Part shown: positions 11,673 through 22,593 of the stretch, piece after piece
Layout of the letters: every line of letters begins with the position of its first letter
Position numbering within the stretch: position 1 is the first letter of the stretch
Translations under genes and position numbers: made by a program
The notes under the pieces: model-generated
Told to the model about the DNA's origin: nothing
Seen by the model: the letters and a program-made list of their open reading frames with translations, nothing else
Databases searched by the model: none
NCBI GenBank assembly: GCA_910584255.1
Contig: CAJTXV010000005.1
Location: 5,700-69,699 of the forward strand
Origin: an uncultured Bacilli bacterium
Lineage (GTDB): Bacteria; Bacillota_I; Bacilli_A; RF39; UBA660
Length of the DNA stretch: 64,000 nucleotides
Reading direction: 5' to 3'

Positions 11673-13466
11673 ATGAAAAAAGAAAAATTACGCAGTGAAC
11701 AAGAAAAAGAATTTACTTGGGATTTAGAAGCAGTTTATAAAGATGCAAAAGAATATCAAAAAGATTATGAAAATGTTACATCATTTATTGAAGAATTAGC
11801 ATCATATCAAGGAAATCTACTAAAGGATAGTAGTCATTTAATTGATTTTTTAGAGAAAAGCGAACAGGCAGAACGTTTAATTTGTAAGTTAGGTACTTAT
11901 GCAATTCGAAAATATGATGAGGATATTTCTAATGTTCAAAGTCAAACTCTATCTGGTAAATTTAATCAATTGGAAGCTAGTTATTCTGAAAAGACTGCTT
12001 TTTTTACCCCAGAACTTTTAGAAGCAGATTTTTCTGTAATTGAAAAAATGATTCAGGAGAATCCAAAGCTAGGGGAATATCGTTTGTTATTTCAAAGGAT
12101 TTTTAGAAATCAACCATATACTTTATCTAAGAATGAGGAAAAGCTACTATCTTCTTTACAAGTTGCTTTATCTAATAGTCAAAAAGTTGCAGGAATTATT
12201 CGTAATTCAGAACTGCAATTTGGAACAATTCTAGATGAAGAAAATGAAGAAGTAAAATTAAATAATGAGAACTACTTAATTTATTGTAAGAGTCAGGATC
12301 GTAGGGTTAGAAAAGATGCATTTATGACTATATATCATTCATATGAAAAATACAAAGAAACTCTAACAGAAACATTAAAAGGTCATATTGCGGCTGTTTC
12401 TACGATCAATAGGATGCGTGGTTTTAAAAATAGTAAAGAAGCAAGACTATTCTATAATCGTGTGTCTCCAAAGGTATATGATAATCTAATTCAAACCGTT
12501 CATAAGAAAATGGATGTTATGTATCGTTATGTTGATTTAAAAAAGAAAGTGTTAAATATTAAGGATTTTTCTTTATATGATACGTATGTCAATTTAGAAC
12601 CAGGGTTAGCTAAAAAATATAGTTTTGAAGAGGCAAAGGAAATTGTTTTAGACGTTGTAAAAGTATTTGGTGATGACTATGTTTCAACGATTCAAAAAGC
12701 CTTTGATGAAAGATGGATTGATGTTTATCCAAATAAGGGAAAACGTGGTGGTGCATATTCTGCAGGAAGTTATGACACTGCTCCTTATGTGCTTTTAAAT
12801 TTCCAAGGAAACTACCACGATGTATCTACTCTTGCGCATGAGCTAGGTCATTCTATGCATACGTATTATTCTAATAAATATAATTCCTATAATTATAGTG
12901 ATTATAAAATTTTTGTTGCGGAAGTGGCTTCTACTGTGAATGAAATGTTATTAAATTATTATATGTTAGATCACTTAGAAGATAAAAAAGAAAAACGAGT
13001 GATTATTAGTGAAATGATGGATTTATTTAAATCAACCATTTATCGTCAAACTATGTTTAGCGAATTTGAAGAGTTTGCTTTTGATACGTATGAAAAAACT
13101 GGAGTTTTAACAAACCAAACTCTTTGTGATCAATATTATGAATTAAATAAAGAATACTTTGGTTCAAATGTAATCATCAATGATGAAATTCGTTATGAAT
13201 GGGAGAGAGTTCCACATTTTTACTACAATTTCTATGTATATCAGTATGCAACTGGTTTATCTGCAGCATGTTATATTGTAAATAGAATTAAAAATAAAGA
13301 AAAAAATGCAGTAGAAGATTATCTAAACTTCTTAAAAACAGGAGATTCTATGGATCCAGTAGAAGAACTAAAAGTAGCGGGTGTTGATATATTAGATAGT
13401 AAAGTAATAGAGAAAGCCCTTGATATGTTTAATGATTTAATTGATGAATATGAAAATTTATTATAG
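11673..13466 (+). CDS. pepF: Oligoendopeptidase F (M3B family zinc metallopeptidase)
   Basis: 597 aa with the HELGHSMH zinc-binding motif and PepF-like overall architecture. Confidence 0.85.
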   Translation: MKKEKLRSEQEKEFTWDLEAVYKDAKEYQKDYENVTSFIEELASYQGNLLKDSSHLIDFLEKSEQAERLICKLGTYAIRKYDEDISNVQSQTLSGKFNQLEASYSEKTAFFTPELLEADFSVIEKMIQENPKLGEYRLLFQRIFRNQPYTLSKNEEKLLSSLQVALSNSQKVAGIIRNSELQFGTILDEENEEVKLNNENYLIYCKSQDRRVRKDAFMTIYHSYEKYKETLTETLKGHIAAVSTINRMRGFKNSKEARLFYNRVSPKVYDNLIQTVHKKMDVMYRYVDLKKKVLNIKDFSLYDTYVNLEPGLAKKYSFEEAKEIVLDVVKVFGDDYVSTIQKAFDERWIDVYPNKGKRGGAYSAGSYDTAPYVLLNFQGNYHDVSTLAHELGHSMHTYYSNKYNSYNYSDYKIFVAEVASTVNEMLLNYYMLDHLEDKKEKRVIISEMMDLFKSTIYRQTMFSEFEEFAFDTYEKTGVLTNQTLCDQYYELNKEYFGSNVIINDEIRYEWERVPHFYYNFYVYQYATGLSAACYIVNRIKNKEKNAVEDYLNFLKTGDSMDPVEELKVAGVDILDSKVIEKALDMFNDLIDEYENLL

Positions 13467-13484
13467 AATGGAGAAGGTGGTAAT

Positions 13485-14594
13485 ATGGAGAAACGTGATT
13501 ACTATGAAGTTTTAGGAGTCAGCAAGTCCGCTTCTCAAGATGAAATCAAATCAGCTTTTCGAAAACTAGCGAAACAATATCATCCAGATGTTAATAAAGA
13601 AGCAGGAGCCGAAGAAAAGTTTAAGGAAATTCAAGAGGCATATGCTGTTCTTTCGGACGAAGGAAAAAGAAAGCAATATGATCAATTTGGTCATGCAGCA
13701 TTCCAAGGTGGAGGTGCTGGTGGTGCCAGTGGCTTTGGAGGATTTGATTTTGGCGGGTTTGATTATGAGGATATTTTTGATAATATATTTGGAGGTTTTG
13801 GAGGCTTTGGTGGGCGTAGTAAAGGAAATGATTCGTTAATTCGAATGAAATTATCGTTCAAAGAGGCAATCTATGGAACCAAAAAAGAGATTGATATTGA
13901 TATTATTGATGAATGTGAAGAATGTGATGGAAAAGGTGGATTCAATGAATCTACTTGTGAGAAATGCCATGGAAGCGGTACGATTACGAGTGAACAAAGG
14001 ACTATCTTTGGTAGCTTTCTTTCAAAGACAACTTGTCCAAATTGTGGTGGTACAGGAAAATCCTATAAAAAGAAATGTACTCACTGTAATGGGAATGGTC
14101 GTGTAAAAGTCAAGAAAACTTTAGAAGTCAAAGTCCCTGCTGGGGTTGATAACGGAAATAGACTTCGCTTGTCTGGAAAAGGTTCTGCTGGTGCGAATGG
14201 AGGACCAAATGGTGACTTATATATCGAATTTAGCGTTTCTGAACATGATTTTTACATTCGTGACGGGGATGATATTTACTTAGAAACTCCTATTACAATA
14301 GTAGAAGCAATTTTAGGAGCAAAAAAAGAAATTCCAACTTTGTATGGGAATGTAGTTCTGACTATTCCAGAAGGTAGTGAATCAGGAGATAAACATCGTA
14401 TTAAGGGAAAAGGTGTACATAATGAATCTACTAAAAGAAAAGGTGATATGTACATTGTATTAAAAGTAATTACTCCAAAGAAACTTACGAAAGAGCAAAA
14501 AAGAATTATTGAATCCTTAAGGGAAACTGATTTAGTAGACAACGAAATGAAAAAGTTTGATCGTTTTGTAGAAGTAAACAATGAAAGCATTTAA
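13485..14594 (+). CDS. dnaJ: Co-chaperone DnaJ (Hsp40)
   Basis: J-domain (DYYEVLGV...HPDVNK), a Gly/Phe-rich region and four CxxCxGxG zinc-finger repeats; 369 aa. Confidence 0.9.
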   Translation: MEKRDYYEVLGVSKSASQDEIKSAFRKLAKQYHPDVNKEAGAEEKFKEIQEAYAVLSDEGKRKQYDQFGHAAFQGGGAGGASGFGGFDFGGFDYEDIFDNIFGGFGGFGGRSKGNDSLIRMKLSFKEAIYGTKKEIDIDIIDECEECDGKGGFNESTCEKCHGSGTITSEQRTIFGSFLSKTTCPNCGGTGKSYKKKCTHCNGNGRVKVKKTLEVKVPAGVDNGNRLRLSGKGSAGANGGPNGDLYIEFSVSEHDFYIRDGDDIYLETPITIVEAILGAKKEIPTLYGNVVLTIPEGSESGDKHRIKGKGVHNESTKRKGDMYIVLKVITPKKLTKEQKRIIESLRETDLVDNEMKKFDRFVEVNNESI

Positions 14595-14610
14595 CAAAGT
14601 GCTTTTTTTC
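14580..14610 (+). terminator. Weak terminator after dnaJ
   Basis: aagcatttaacaaagtgcttttttt (imperfect stem plus T7) overlapping the dnaJ stop. Confidence 0.3.
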
Positions 14611-14727
14611 TTGCCAACTTTACATTCTAATCGTAAAAAGACTTGTCAAAATTTGTTTCAATAGGCTATACTTAAGATATAAGAAAATAAGCTTCATAGT
14701 AAGTCAGTTTGAAAGTGAGGAAGTAAT

Positions 14728-15171
14728 ATGGAAGTAAAATTTAGAATAGCAACAAGGGATGACATAAAAGAGATTATTGATTTATGTAACGTTGTGTTTA
14801 TTGAGGATACCCCTTACGAATATGCACTTAAGGTGTTTGAAGAAACGAAAGATGATCCAAATAATATTTATCTAGTAGGAATAGTAGATGATAAGATTGT
14901 ATCTCATGCTAAAATTACAGTGGTTCATACGATGTATGAAAAAATGAATACTTATGCGATTTTAAACCATGTTTGTGTTATGGAAGAATATCGTAGACAT
15001 AATATTGCCACTAAAATGTTAATGGAAATTGAGAAAATTTGTAAGGAACACGGGTGCAAAAAGATGGAATTATGGTCTAATAATATTCGAGTTCCAGCAC
15101 ATACTTGTTATAAAAAATACGGATTTCATTTAGATGATGCAGGCTTCTTTTCTATGAATGTAAGAGGATAA
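14728..15171 (+). CDS. GNAT-family N-acetyltransferase (copy 1)
   Basis: 147 aa. Acetyl-CoA-binding-like motif HVCVMEEYRRHNIATKMLMEIEKICKEHGCKKMEL. Promoter-like TTGTCA-18-TATACT upstream. Confidence 0.6.
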   Translation: MEVKFRIATRDDIKEIIDLCNVVFIEDTPYEYALKVFEETKDDPNNIYLVGIVDDKIVSHAKITVVHTMYEKMNTYAILNHVCVMEEYRRHNIATKMLMEIEKICKEHGCKKMELWSNNIRVPAHTCYKKYGFHLDDAGFFSMNVRG

Positions 15172-15176
15172 GAACT

Positions 15177-16358
15177 ATGAAAATTGAGAGAATATATATT
15201 GGTGGGTGGTTTCAACGTACTACCTTGCAACTATCTGAAATTTATGATTTTGTTCGTGATGGAACTTCACAATTAAAGTTAGACAAAAATAAACTTCAAA
15301 AAATGAGAACTGACTTAGATCTTGCCCACGTTGAGTACAATGTAGATGGACTGGAATATTTAATGCTTACTACAAATACAGAAATTCAAATTAAAATATT
15401 TGAAGATGGACTTATCGTTTTAAATGATGGGGATGTCAACGAATTTTCCTTATTTCAGGACATTGAGTCTTTGGCACAGTACTATGAGAAAAAGCTATCT
15501 CCAGCATTTTCCTATCTCTTTAGTTTAGGTGCTCCTGTTCCAAAGGAACTTGCTAATATTGAAACAGTATATCCTTACTTTATTGTTTTAAATAATGCCA
15601 AAGAGGCAGAAATGCAAGCACTTCTTAGTAGAACGGAAAAACAAAAATATTTTGATTACAAAAATCAACATTATGACGTGGTTCGTGGAAATAAATATTA
15701 TTTTATTAATAATAAAACAAAGGATATGCATCAAGTGGAACGTTATATTGAAGAACAGATTTTTATTCGTGAGTTTAAGGCACAACTTCATCGCTATTTA
15801 AATCTTCATCGCATTATTTGGGAGAAAATCGATGAAGTAAAAGAAAATTCTCATGTTCGAGGAAAGGATATTATTGCTTTCAGTAATAAGATTGATGGTT
15901 ATAGAAAAACGGTCAATTTGATTGATTCTCGAATTAATCAGATGAATACATATATCAAAACAAGAGAAAAAATTGCGAAGAGTGATTCTAATTTAATTGA
16001 ATCATTAGATTTAATTGGGTACCGCTATGAAACATTAATTAATACAGTAAGCTATATGCAACAAATTTGGGCAATGACAAAGAATTATTTGAATCAAGCA
16101 GCAAAATTATTCGATAGTTTGGAGTCATCTATTACTGAAAAATCAGTTAATAGTTTAACAATTGTTACCTCCATGGGTGTTGGTGCATCTTTAATTGATT
16201 TGTTTACAGAATCTGCACCATCTTTTTCATCTTTTGGAATTATTTATTTCTTTATTCTAGCAATTGTTGGGTACTCCGTAAATAAAATTATGAAAAAGAT
16301 ATCAGAAAATAGAAAATATGAAATTTCAGATATTGAGTACGATAAAAACATTAAATAG
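15177..16358 (+). CDS. Hypothetical protein with a large soluble N-terminal domain and a C-terminal transmembrane anchor (copy 1)
   Basis: 393 aa. C-terminal hydrophobic segments (SLTIVTSMGVGASLIDLF, FGIIYFFILAIVGYSV) followed by KIMKK. Sits 5 nt after the GNAT stop, in an operon-like arrangement with the ABC exporter. It possibly has Rmd1/YagE (DUF155)-like topology; this is an inference only. Confidence 0.5.
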   Translation: MKIERIYIGGWFQRTTLQLSEIYDFVRDGTSQLKLDKNKLQKMRTDLDLAHVEYNVDGLEYLMLTTNTEIQIKIFEDGLIVLNDGDVNEFSLFQDIESLAQYYEKKLSPAFSYLFSLGAPVPKELANIETVYPYFIVLNNAKEAEMQALLSRTEKQKYFDYKNQHYDVVRGNKYYFINNKTKDMHQVERYIEEQIFIREFKAQLHRYLNLHRIIWEKIDEVKENSHVRGKDIIAFSNKIDGYRKTVNLIDSRINQMNTYIKTREKIAKSDSNLIESLDLIGYRYETLINTVSYMQQIWAMTKNYLNQAAKLFDSLESSITEKSVNSLTIVTSMGVGASLIDLFTESAPSFSSFGIIYFFILAIVGYSVNKIMKKISENRKYEISDIEYDKNIK

Positions 16359-16403
16359 AAGAGGTTCTATCCAAAGAACTTCTTTTTCTAAAAGGAGGAT
16401 AAT

Positions 16404-18140
16404 ATGTTTCGAAATTATTTGAATATCTTTGATGATTTTCGAGTTATTACAAAAAAACAAAGTAAGAAATATGTTTTTCTAATGCTTATATCTTCTGCTT
16501 TTCATCATATTTTTAGTTTACTCCCACCAATTGCTGCTGCAGGAATCATTGCAATGGTTACAGAAGAGAATATGAACTTAGTTTTCTTTTATGGTTGTCT
16601 GTTTTTATTCTTTTATTTTCTATATTTCTTCGCATTATATTGGAAATATTTTTCCTATAAAAAATTAGGAGAGATGTATCATACAGAGATTCAGGATTAT
16701 TTATTTGAAATTATCGCATCCAATGATGATATTCTAACAAAGATTTCAAAAGGGAAAATCATGGATGTTTGTAATACAGATATTGGTTATACTGTAGATG
16801 TGGTAGATGCCTTTATTGGTGCGATTATGAATTTAATCAAAATCATTATTTTATTTTTTATCTTTCTTCACTATAGTATTCTAGTCGGTTCCCTAGTAGT
16901 CGTTTTAGTTATCTTTTATTTTCTTTTAATGGACTCTAATTCTTTAGCGGTTTCTAAGTGCTATGAAGGAGAAAGAAAGTATGACGATAAAGTCATTGAT
17001 ATTTTAAATCAGATGCTTGCAAATCTAAAGCAAGTAAAAACATTGAATTTAATGACTAATCTTAATAAAAAACTATGGAAAACCAGGGGTTGTTGGAAAG
17101 AAAAATATACAAAAAGAAGAAATTATTTAATTAAAAGATATAGTATTTTACCTGTTATTTTGTACTTTACAAAATTTGTGTTATACATGATTTTGGCATC
17201 CATGGTAATTAGAAAACAAATGACTTTGGATAAACTTGTTTTATTAATTAGTTATTTTGAAGCTATTGTAACTGCAACAGATCAGACATTAGAGTACTTA
17301 CTCAATTTGAATAACTATAAAGTAAGAATGCAAAGAATTCGAAGTATTATCGATTATCCCCCACAAAAAGAATTTGATTTCGGCGACATTGATAATGATT
17401 ATATTTCAGGACTCATAGAATTCAAAAAGGTAAGTTATCAAGTAAAAGATGTGAAGGCATTAGATAATGTTAGTTTTAAGGTATATCCAAATGAGATTAA
17501 TGCAATTATCGGTCATTCTGGAAGTGGAAAGTCTACCATCATTCACTTGTTATATCGTCTTCATAAGGTTTCCTCTGGGATTATTTTAATTGATAATGTA
17601 AATATTTACGACTACACCAATCATGTTTATACATCCAATGTCTCAGGTGTTTATCAGAAACCATTTGTTTTTGATATGAGTATTCGTGATAATTTAAATT
17701 TAGTGAATTCAAATCGAAATCTTCAAATTGAAGCATGTAAAAGAGTAGGGATTCATGACTTTATCATGTCATTACCCAAAGGATATAATACGATTGTTAA
17801 TGAGGAAGATGCAATTGTTACTAGCGGTAAAAAGCAGCTATTGGCCATTGCACGAGCGTTGTTATCGAAAGCAGAAATCTTATTATTTGATGAAATTACA
17901 GGAAATGTTGATCCAGAAACTACCAATCAGATTCTTTCCATCTTGCTTGATTTAAAGGCTGACCACACCATTCTTATGGTAACACATAAACCTGAAATGA
18001 TGGAGATAGCCGATCGTGTGATTGTATTATCCAATGGAAAGGTAGAAAGCAAGGGCAAAAATAAAGATGTATACGAAAAATCTACTTTATATCAAGAACT
18101 TAAAAATCGTTCTTTTGTAAGTGTAAGTAAGGTAGAGTAG
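16404..18140 (+). CDS. ABC transporter, fused permease/ATP-binding protein (exporter type) (copy 1)
   Basis: 578 aa with N-terminal ~6 TM helices. Walker A GHSGSGKST, signature TSGKKQLLAIARAL and Walker B ILLFDEITGNVD. Confidence 0.85.
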   Translation: MFRNYLNIFDDFRVITKKQSKKYVFLMLISSAFHHIFSLLPPIAAAGIIAMVTEENMNLVFFYGCLFLFFYFLYFFALYWKYFSYKKLGEMYHTEIQDYLFEIIASNDDILTKISKGKIMDVCNTDIGYTVDVVDAFIGAIMNLIKIIILFFIFLHYSILVGSLVVVLVIFYFLLMDSNSLAVSKCYEGERKYDDKVIDILNQMLANLKQVKTLNLMTNLNKKLWKTRGCWKEKYTKRRNYLIKRYSILPVILYFTKFVLYMILASMVIRKQMTLDKLVLLISYFEAIVTATDQTLEYLLNLNNYKVRMQRIRSIIDYPPQKEFDFGDIDNDYISGLIEFKKVSYQVKDVKALDNVSFKVYPNEINAIIGHSGSGKSTIIHLLYRLHKVSSGIILIDNVNIYDYTNHVYTSNVSGVYQKPFVFDMSIRDNLNLVNSNRNLQIEACKRVGIHDFIMSLPKGYNTIVNEEDAIVTSGKKQLLAIARALLSKAEILLFDEITGNVDPETTNQILSILLDLKADHTILMVTHKPEMMEIADRVIVLSNGKVESKGKNKDVYEKSTLYQELKNRSFVSVSKVE

Positions 18141-18188
18141 TTCATAATAAAAGTTTGTTAGTCTAAATACCTATGCTTTCTAAAGTAC

Positions 18189-18216
18189 CAGCAAGAAATT
18201 TCTCTTGCTTTTTTTT
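18189..18216 (+). terminator. Rho-independent terminator after the ABC exporter (copy 1)
   Basis: gcaaga-aatttc-tcttgc followed by TTTTTTTT. Confidence 0.6.
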
Positions 18217-18259
18217 AAGATTTGTGCTATAATATGCTTACTTTTAAGGGGGGTTATGT

Positions 18260-19183
18260 ATGAAAATAACAAATTTAAAGTTTTATGCTGCTACTCTATT
18301 GATGGGTGGTAGTATTGTATATTCGAATGTACAAATGAAAGAAATGGAGGCATCGTTTGAGGAACGCATTAATGAGTATGCTGCACAACAACAATTATTA
18401 TGTCAAAAATATGATGACTTACAGGTACAATTAGAAGACTTTCAACAGGAAGTAGGTAAGACATCACATCAACTTGATTTATTACTGGCGAAGCAACAAG
18501 AAAAAAGACAAACTAATTATGCAGACGAAGTAGGAATTGTCGAAAATGATAATAGAATTAATAGTATTGCTATTGATCAGAAAGAAGATGGACAATATCT
18601 TTTAAATTTCTATAAAGTTGGAGTTCAACCATATGAATATATGGTAACTACTGACATTGATTCTACACTATCATCAATTGATGCTACTTATATAGATGAC
18701 ATCGATACTGTCTTTTTAGATGGATGTGAAGATAAAAAAGTATTAGATGCTTTAAAATATTTTAAGAATTTAAGACGTTTAAACTTGGACGAATGCACAT
18801 TTGCAGATGTTAGTAAAATTTCAAAACTAGGTGCACTAGAATATCTAAGAATTGCTGATTGTCCTAATGTTTCAGATATCAGTTCATTTAAGAACTTATC
18901 TAACTTAAGAGTTATAATACTGAATGGTACAGAAGTAGAAAATATTGAATCTTTATCTTATTTATCGAACTTGGAAGTTGTGGATTTAAAAGGAAATAAA
19001 ATTGTAAATCCTTGTTGTTTAGAGTGTTTACCTAGATTATATAATTTAATTTTAACAGACAATTGTATTACGGATATGTATTATTTAAATGGACTTATTC
19101 ATAATAATATAATTAGTGATATGGATGCAGAAGAAATCTTAAATTCTTATGCTTCTACTAGATTTAAAACAGGAACCATATAG
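18260..19183 (+). CDS. Leucine-rich-repeat (internalin-like) protein with an N-terminal signal or anchor and a coiled-coil region (copy 1)
   Basis: MKITNLKFYAATLLMGGSIVYS signal-like N-terminus. Q/L-rich coiled coil. 22-residue LRRs (NLRRLNLDECTFADVSKISKLGALEYLRIADCPNVSDISSFKNLSNLRVIILNGTEVENIESLSYLSNLEVVDLKGNKI). No LPXTG motif. Confidence 0.65.
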   Translation: MKITNLKFYAATLLMGGSIVYSNVQMKEMEASFEERINEYAAQQQLLCQKYDDLQVQLEDFQQEVGKTSHQLDLLLAKQQEKRQTNYADEVGIVENDNRINSIAIDQKEDGQYLLNFYKVGVQPYEYMVTTDIDSTLSSIDATYIDDIDTVFLDGCEDKKVLDALKYFKNLRRLNLDECTFADVSKISKLGALEYLRIADCPNVSDISSFKNLSNLRVIILNGTEVENIESLSYLSNLEVVDLKGNKIVNPCCLECLPRLYNLILTDNCITDMYYLNGLIHNNIISDMDAEEILNSYASTRFKTGTI

Positions 19184-19194
19184 GATTCCTTTTT

Positions 19195-20454
19195 TTATGA
19201 TTCTGTTTCTGTTAGTTTATTTTGTTCTTCCTCTCTTAATTTTTCTAATTTATCATTGATTTGTTTTAACATCCGTTCATTTGGTGAAGTATCTTTTGGA
19301 ATATAGTATTTTTTACCCTTTAGATTATTCGGCAAATATTGCTGTACTACAAAATTGTTAGGATAATCATGTGGATATTTATAAATAGTAGAGTGAATTT
19401 TAATGGTATCAGGAATATCTTCACAGCGGCCTGTTCGAACATCTTCTAACGCTTTATCAAGTGCAAGATGAGCTGTATTTGATTTAGGAGATAATGCCAT
19501 TTCTATTACAATTTCTCCTAAGGGAATTCTTGCTTCTGGAAGCCCTACTAGTTCACTGGCACTAATTGCAGCCATCACTCTAGGTCCAATTTCTGGATTT
19601 GCTAGTCCTATGTCTTCATAAGCAATTACACTCATCCGCCGGTAAATACTATCCAAATCTTCCATTTCAAGTAGTCTTGCCAAATAGTGAAGGCTAGCAT
19701 TTACATCACTTCCACGAATAGATTTTTGAAATGCACTCAGTAAATCATAATGACCCGATTCGCCTTTATCAGATATAATTACTGGTTTGTTATGAATACT
19801 TTTTATTAAATCTAATGTAATCTTTTTATTACTTGAAGAATAAAATGCCATCTCTAATAGATTATATGCATAACGAAGGTCACTTCCTGAAAGAGATGCA
19901 ATATGTTCTAATACCCCTTTTTCTACTTTGATTCCTTCTAAATCAGGGTGCTTGGTAGCTCGATTTAATCCTTCTAAAATGTCTGCACTTGTTAAATCCT
20001 TTAATTCAAATATCTGGCATCTACTACGAATGGCAGGATTGATTTTATGATATGGATTACTAGTAGTCATTCCAATTAAAGTAATTAATCCACTTTCTAG
20101 TTGCGGTAAGAGTAAGTCCTGTTTGTCCTTATTTAAACGATGAATTTCATCCATAATTAGGACAATTCCCTCATACATTTTAGCTTCTTCTACGACGATA
20201 TCAAAGTCTTTTTTATTATTCATTGTAGCATTAAAAAAACGATACCTGACTCCTAAATCCTTAACAATTGCATTTGCAATCGTTGTTTTTCCAATCCCAG
20301 GTTTTCCATATAAAATCATAGAAAATATTTTCTTATTATTAACTAGATTTCTTAATATTTTATTTTCGCCTAGTAAATGTTTTTGACCGATCACTTCATT
20401 GATAGAATTAGGAGTTAATTGTAATGCCAGTGGCTTCTTCATATTAATCACCAC
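19195..20454 (-). CDS. rarA: Replication-associated recombination protein A (AAA+ ATPase RarA/MgsA) (copy 1)
   Basis: Walker A GKPGIGKTT, Walker B LIMDEIHR and the MgsA C-terminal helical domain; 419 aa. Confidence 0.85.
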   Translation of the reverse strand: MVINMKKPLALQLTPNSINEVIGQKHLLGENKILRNLVNNKKIFSMILYGKPGIGKTTIANAIVKDLGVRYRFFNATMNNKKDFDIVVEEAKMYEGIVLIMDEIHRLNKDKQDLLLPQLESGLITLIGMTTSNPYHKINPAIRSRCQIFELKDLTSADILEGLNRATKHPDLEGIKVEKGVLEHIASLSGSDLRYAYNLLEMAFYSSSNKKITLDLIKSIHNKPVIISDKGESGHYDLLSAFQKSIRGSDVNASLHYLARLLEMEDLDSIYRRMSVIAYEDIGLANPEIGPRVMAAISASELVGLPEARIPLGEIVIEMALSPKSNTAHLALDKALEDVRTGRCEDIPDTIKIHSTIYKYPHDYPNNFVVQQYLPNNLKGKKYYIPKDTSPNERMLKQINDKLEKLREEEQNKLTETES

Positions 20455-20526
20455 TTATATTTTATCAAAAAAGAGTACTTTTTAAAAGAAATATGTTATA
20501 ATATAAAAGGATTGTAGGGAAGTAAT

Positions 20527-21423
20527 ATGAAGCTAGGAAATCAGATAGAAGAATATCTAGATTATGTCATTGTAGAACAAAATTTAACCATTAATACCAA
20601 AAATTCATATCAAAATGAATTAACAAAGTACATGGCATTTTTAGTAAGACGTGGTATTTGGAATATTGAGGATATAAAGTATGAAGATATTACAGAATAC
20701 TTAAAAGCTTTAAGTAATCAAAATCTAAAACCTCAATCTATTGCACATTCCATTACTGTTATTAGAAATTTTCATAAATACTTTGTGAAAACTGGAGACT
20801 TAAAGCAAGATGTTTCCAAAAATATCTCACAACCTAAATTACAAAAAAAACTACCAGTTACTTTATCAGTTCAAGATGTAGATTGCCTATTGGATATTCA
20901 GATAGAGACACCATTTGACTATCGGAATAAGGCTATGTTAGAATTATTGTATGGTACAGGGTTGAGAATCAGTGAACTTCTTAGTTTAACATTAAATGAT
21001 ATTGATTTAACTAATTGTACTGTACGTTGCATGGGGAAGGGAAGAAAAGAGAGAATTGTTCCTATTAATGACTTTATTATTGATTCTTTATCTAAATATT
21101 TAGAGGTGCGATGTCAATTAGAAAAAAGGGAGCGTTATGATTATCTTTTTTTAAATAATCATGGGAAACCGATTACAAGACAGGGCTTTTTTAAGATTTT
21201 AAAAAAAATATTATCAGAAAAAGGTCTAGACCCTAATACTTCTCCACATACATTAAGACATAGTTTTGCGACTCATTTACTAGAAAATGGGGCAGATCTT
21301 CGAGTAATTCAAGAGATGCTAGGACATAGTGATATTTCAACTACTAGAATTTATACGCATATTTCAAACCAAAAGGTAGAAAAAGATTATAAGAAATATC
21401 ATCCAAGAAAGGACGAGGAATAA
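20527..21423 (+). CDS. xerD: Tyrosine site-specific recombinase XerD/RipX-like (copy 1)
   Basis: 298 aa. C-terminal catalytic box HTLRHSFATHLLENGADLRVIQEMLGHSDISTTRIYTH. Located immediately upstream of deoB, as in B. subtilis ripX-drm. Confidence 0.8.
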   Translation: MKLGNQIEEYLDYVIVEQNLTINTKNSYQNELTKYMAFLVRRGIWNIEDIKYEDITEYLKALSNQNLKPQSIAHSITVIRNFHKYFVKTGDLKQDVSKNISQPKLQKKLPVTLSVQDVDCLLDIQIETPFDYRNKAMLELLYGTGLRISELLSLTLNDIDLTNCTVRCMGKGRKERIVPINDFIIDSLSKYLEVRCQLEKRERYDYLFLNNHGKPITRQGFFKILKKILSEKGLDPNTSPHTLRHSFATHLLENGADLRVIQEMLGHSDISTTRIYTHISNQKVEKDYKKYHPRKDEE

Positions 21424-21426
21424 ATT

Positions 21427-22593
21427 ATGAAATTTAAAAGAGTATTTTTAGTAATTCTTGATTCTTTAGGAGTAGGGGAAGCAATGGATGCAGCCAACTA
21501 TGGTGATACTGGTGCCAATACTCTAGGTCATATTAATGAACAATATAATTTATTTGTGCCTAACTTAAAGAAATTAGGGTTTATGGATACTTTAACGATG
21601 GCGGAAAATGATGAAGTAGAAGCCTATTATACAATCGCTAGACCAACAAATCCAGGAAAAGATACACTAACAGGTCATTATGAACTTCTTGGGGTAAGGA
21701 ATTTAGTGCCATTTAAATCATTTACAGAAAATGGATTTCCACGTGATTTATTAGAACAAATTGAACAACTAACAAAAAGACGTGTCATTGGAAATAAAAA
21801 TGCTCAGGGAATTGATATTATTAATGAACTTGGGGAGAGGCATATGCAGTATGGTGCATTAATTCTTTATACTTCGAATGGTTCTAACCTGTATATTGCT
21901 GCACATGAAGATATTATTCCTGCGGCAAAACTCTATGAGTATGCTGAAAAAATAAGAAAAATTACAATGACAGAAGAGTTAAAAATTGGGAGGGTGATTG
22001 CTCGTGTATTTACAGGAAAGCCTGGGAACTTTCGATTTACAAATGATCGTTATGATTTAGCAGTAAAACCACCTACTAAAAGTGTTTTTAATCTATTACA
22101 AGAAAATGATTATGCTACGATTTCGATTGGGAAAATTACAGATATTTTTGATGAAGATGGGATTTCAAAGAAAATGAAAGCAGGTAATAATACAGAAGCA
22201 TTAAATAAATTAAGTGATGTGATGGATAAAAATTTTACTGGATTATGTGTTTGTAATTTAAATGATTTTGATCAAGAATTTGGACATAGACGTGATTTGG
22301 AAGGATATGCAAAAGCAATTGAAGAATTTGATGTTCAGGTACCAATGTTAATTAATAAGCTTGATACAGAGGATTTATTAATTTTTACTGCCGATCATGG
22401 ATGTGATCCTACATTTCCTGGAAATGATCACACAAGAGAGAATGTTCCAGTTGTTATTTTTGGAAGAAATTTAAGATTCCCAGAGCGCTTAGATATCTTA
22501 GAGTCTATGGGTGATATTGGTGCTACAATTGCTGAAAACTTTGGAACAACGCAATTATTAGTTGGAAAAAGTTTTTTAGAAAAGTTGCAATGA
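21427..22593 (+). CDS. deoB: Phosphopentomutase (copy 1)
   Basis: N-terminal VFLVILDSLGVGEAMDAANYGDTGANTLGHI, characteristic of metal-dependent DeoB/Drm; 388 aa. Confidence 0.85.
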   Translation: MKFKRVFLVILDSLGVGEAMDAANYGDTGANTLGHINEQYNLFVPNLKKLGFMDTLTMAENDEVEAYYTIARPTNPGKDTLTGHYELLGVRNLVPFKSFTENGFPRDLLEQIEQLTKRRVIGNKNAQGIDIINELGERHMQYGALILYTSNGSNLYIAAHEDIIPAAKLYEYAEKIRKITMTEELKIGRVIARVFTGKPGNFRFTNDRYDLAVKPPTKSVFNLLQENDYATISIGKITDIFDEDGISKKMKAGNNTEALNKLSDVMDKNFTGLCVCNLNDFDQEFGHRRDLEGYAKAIEEFDVQVPMLINKLDTEDLLIFTADHGCDPTFPGNDHTRENVPVVIFGRNLRFPERLDILESMGDIGATIAENFGTTQLLVGKSFLEKLQ

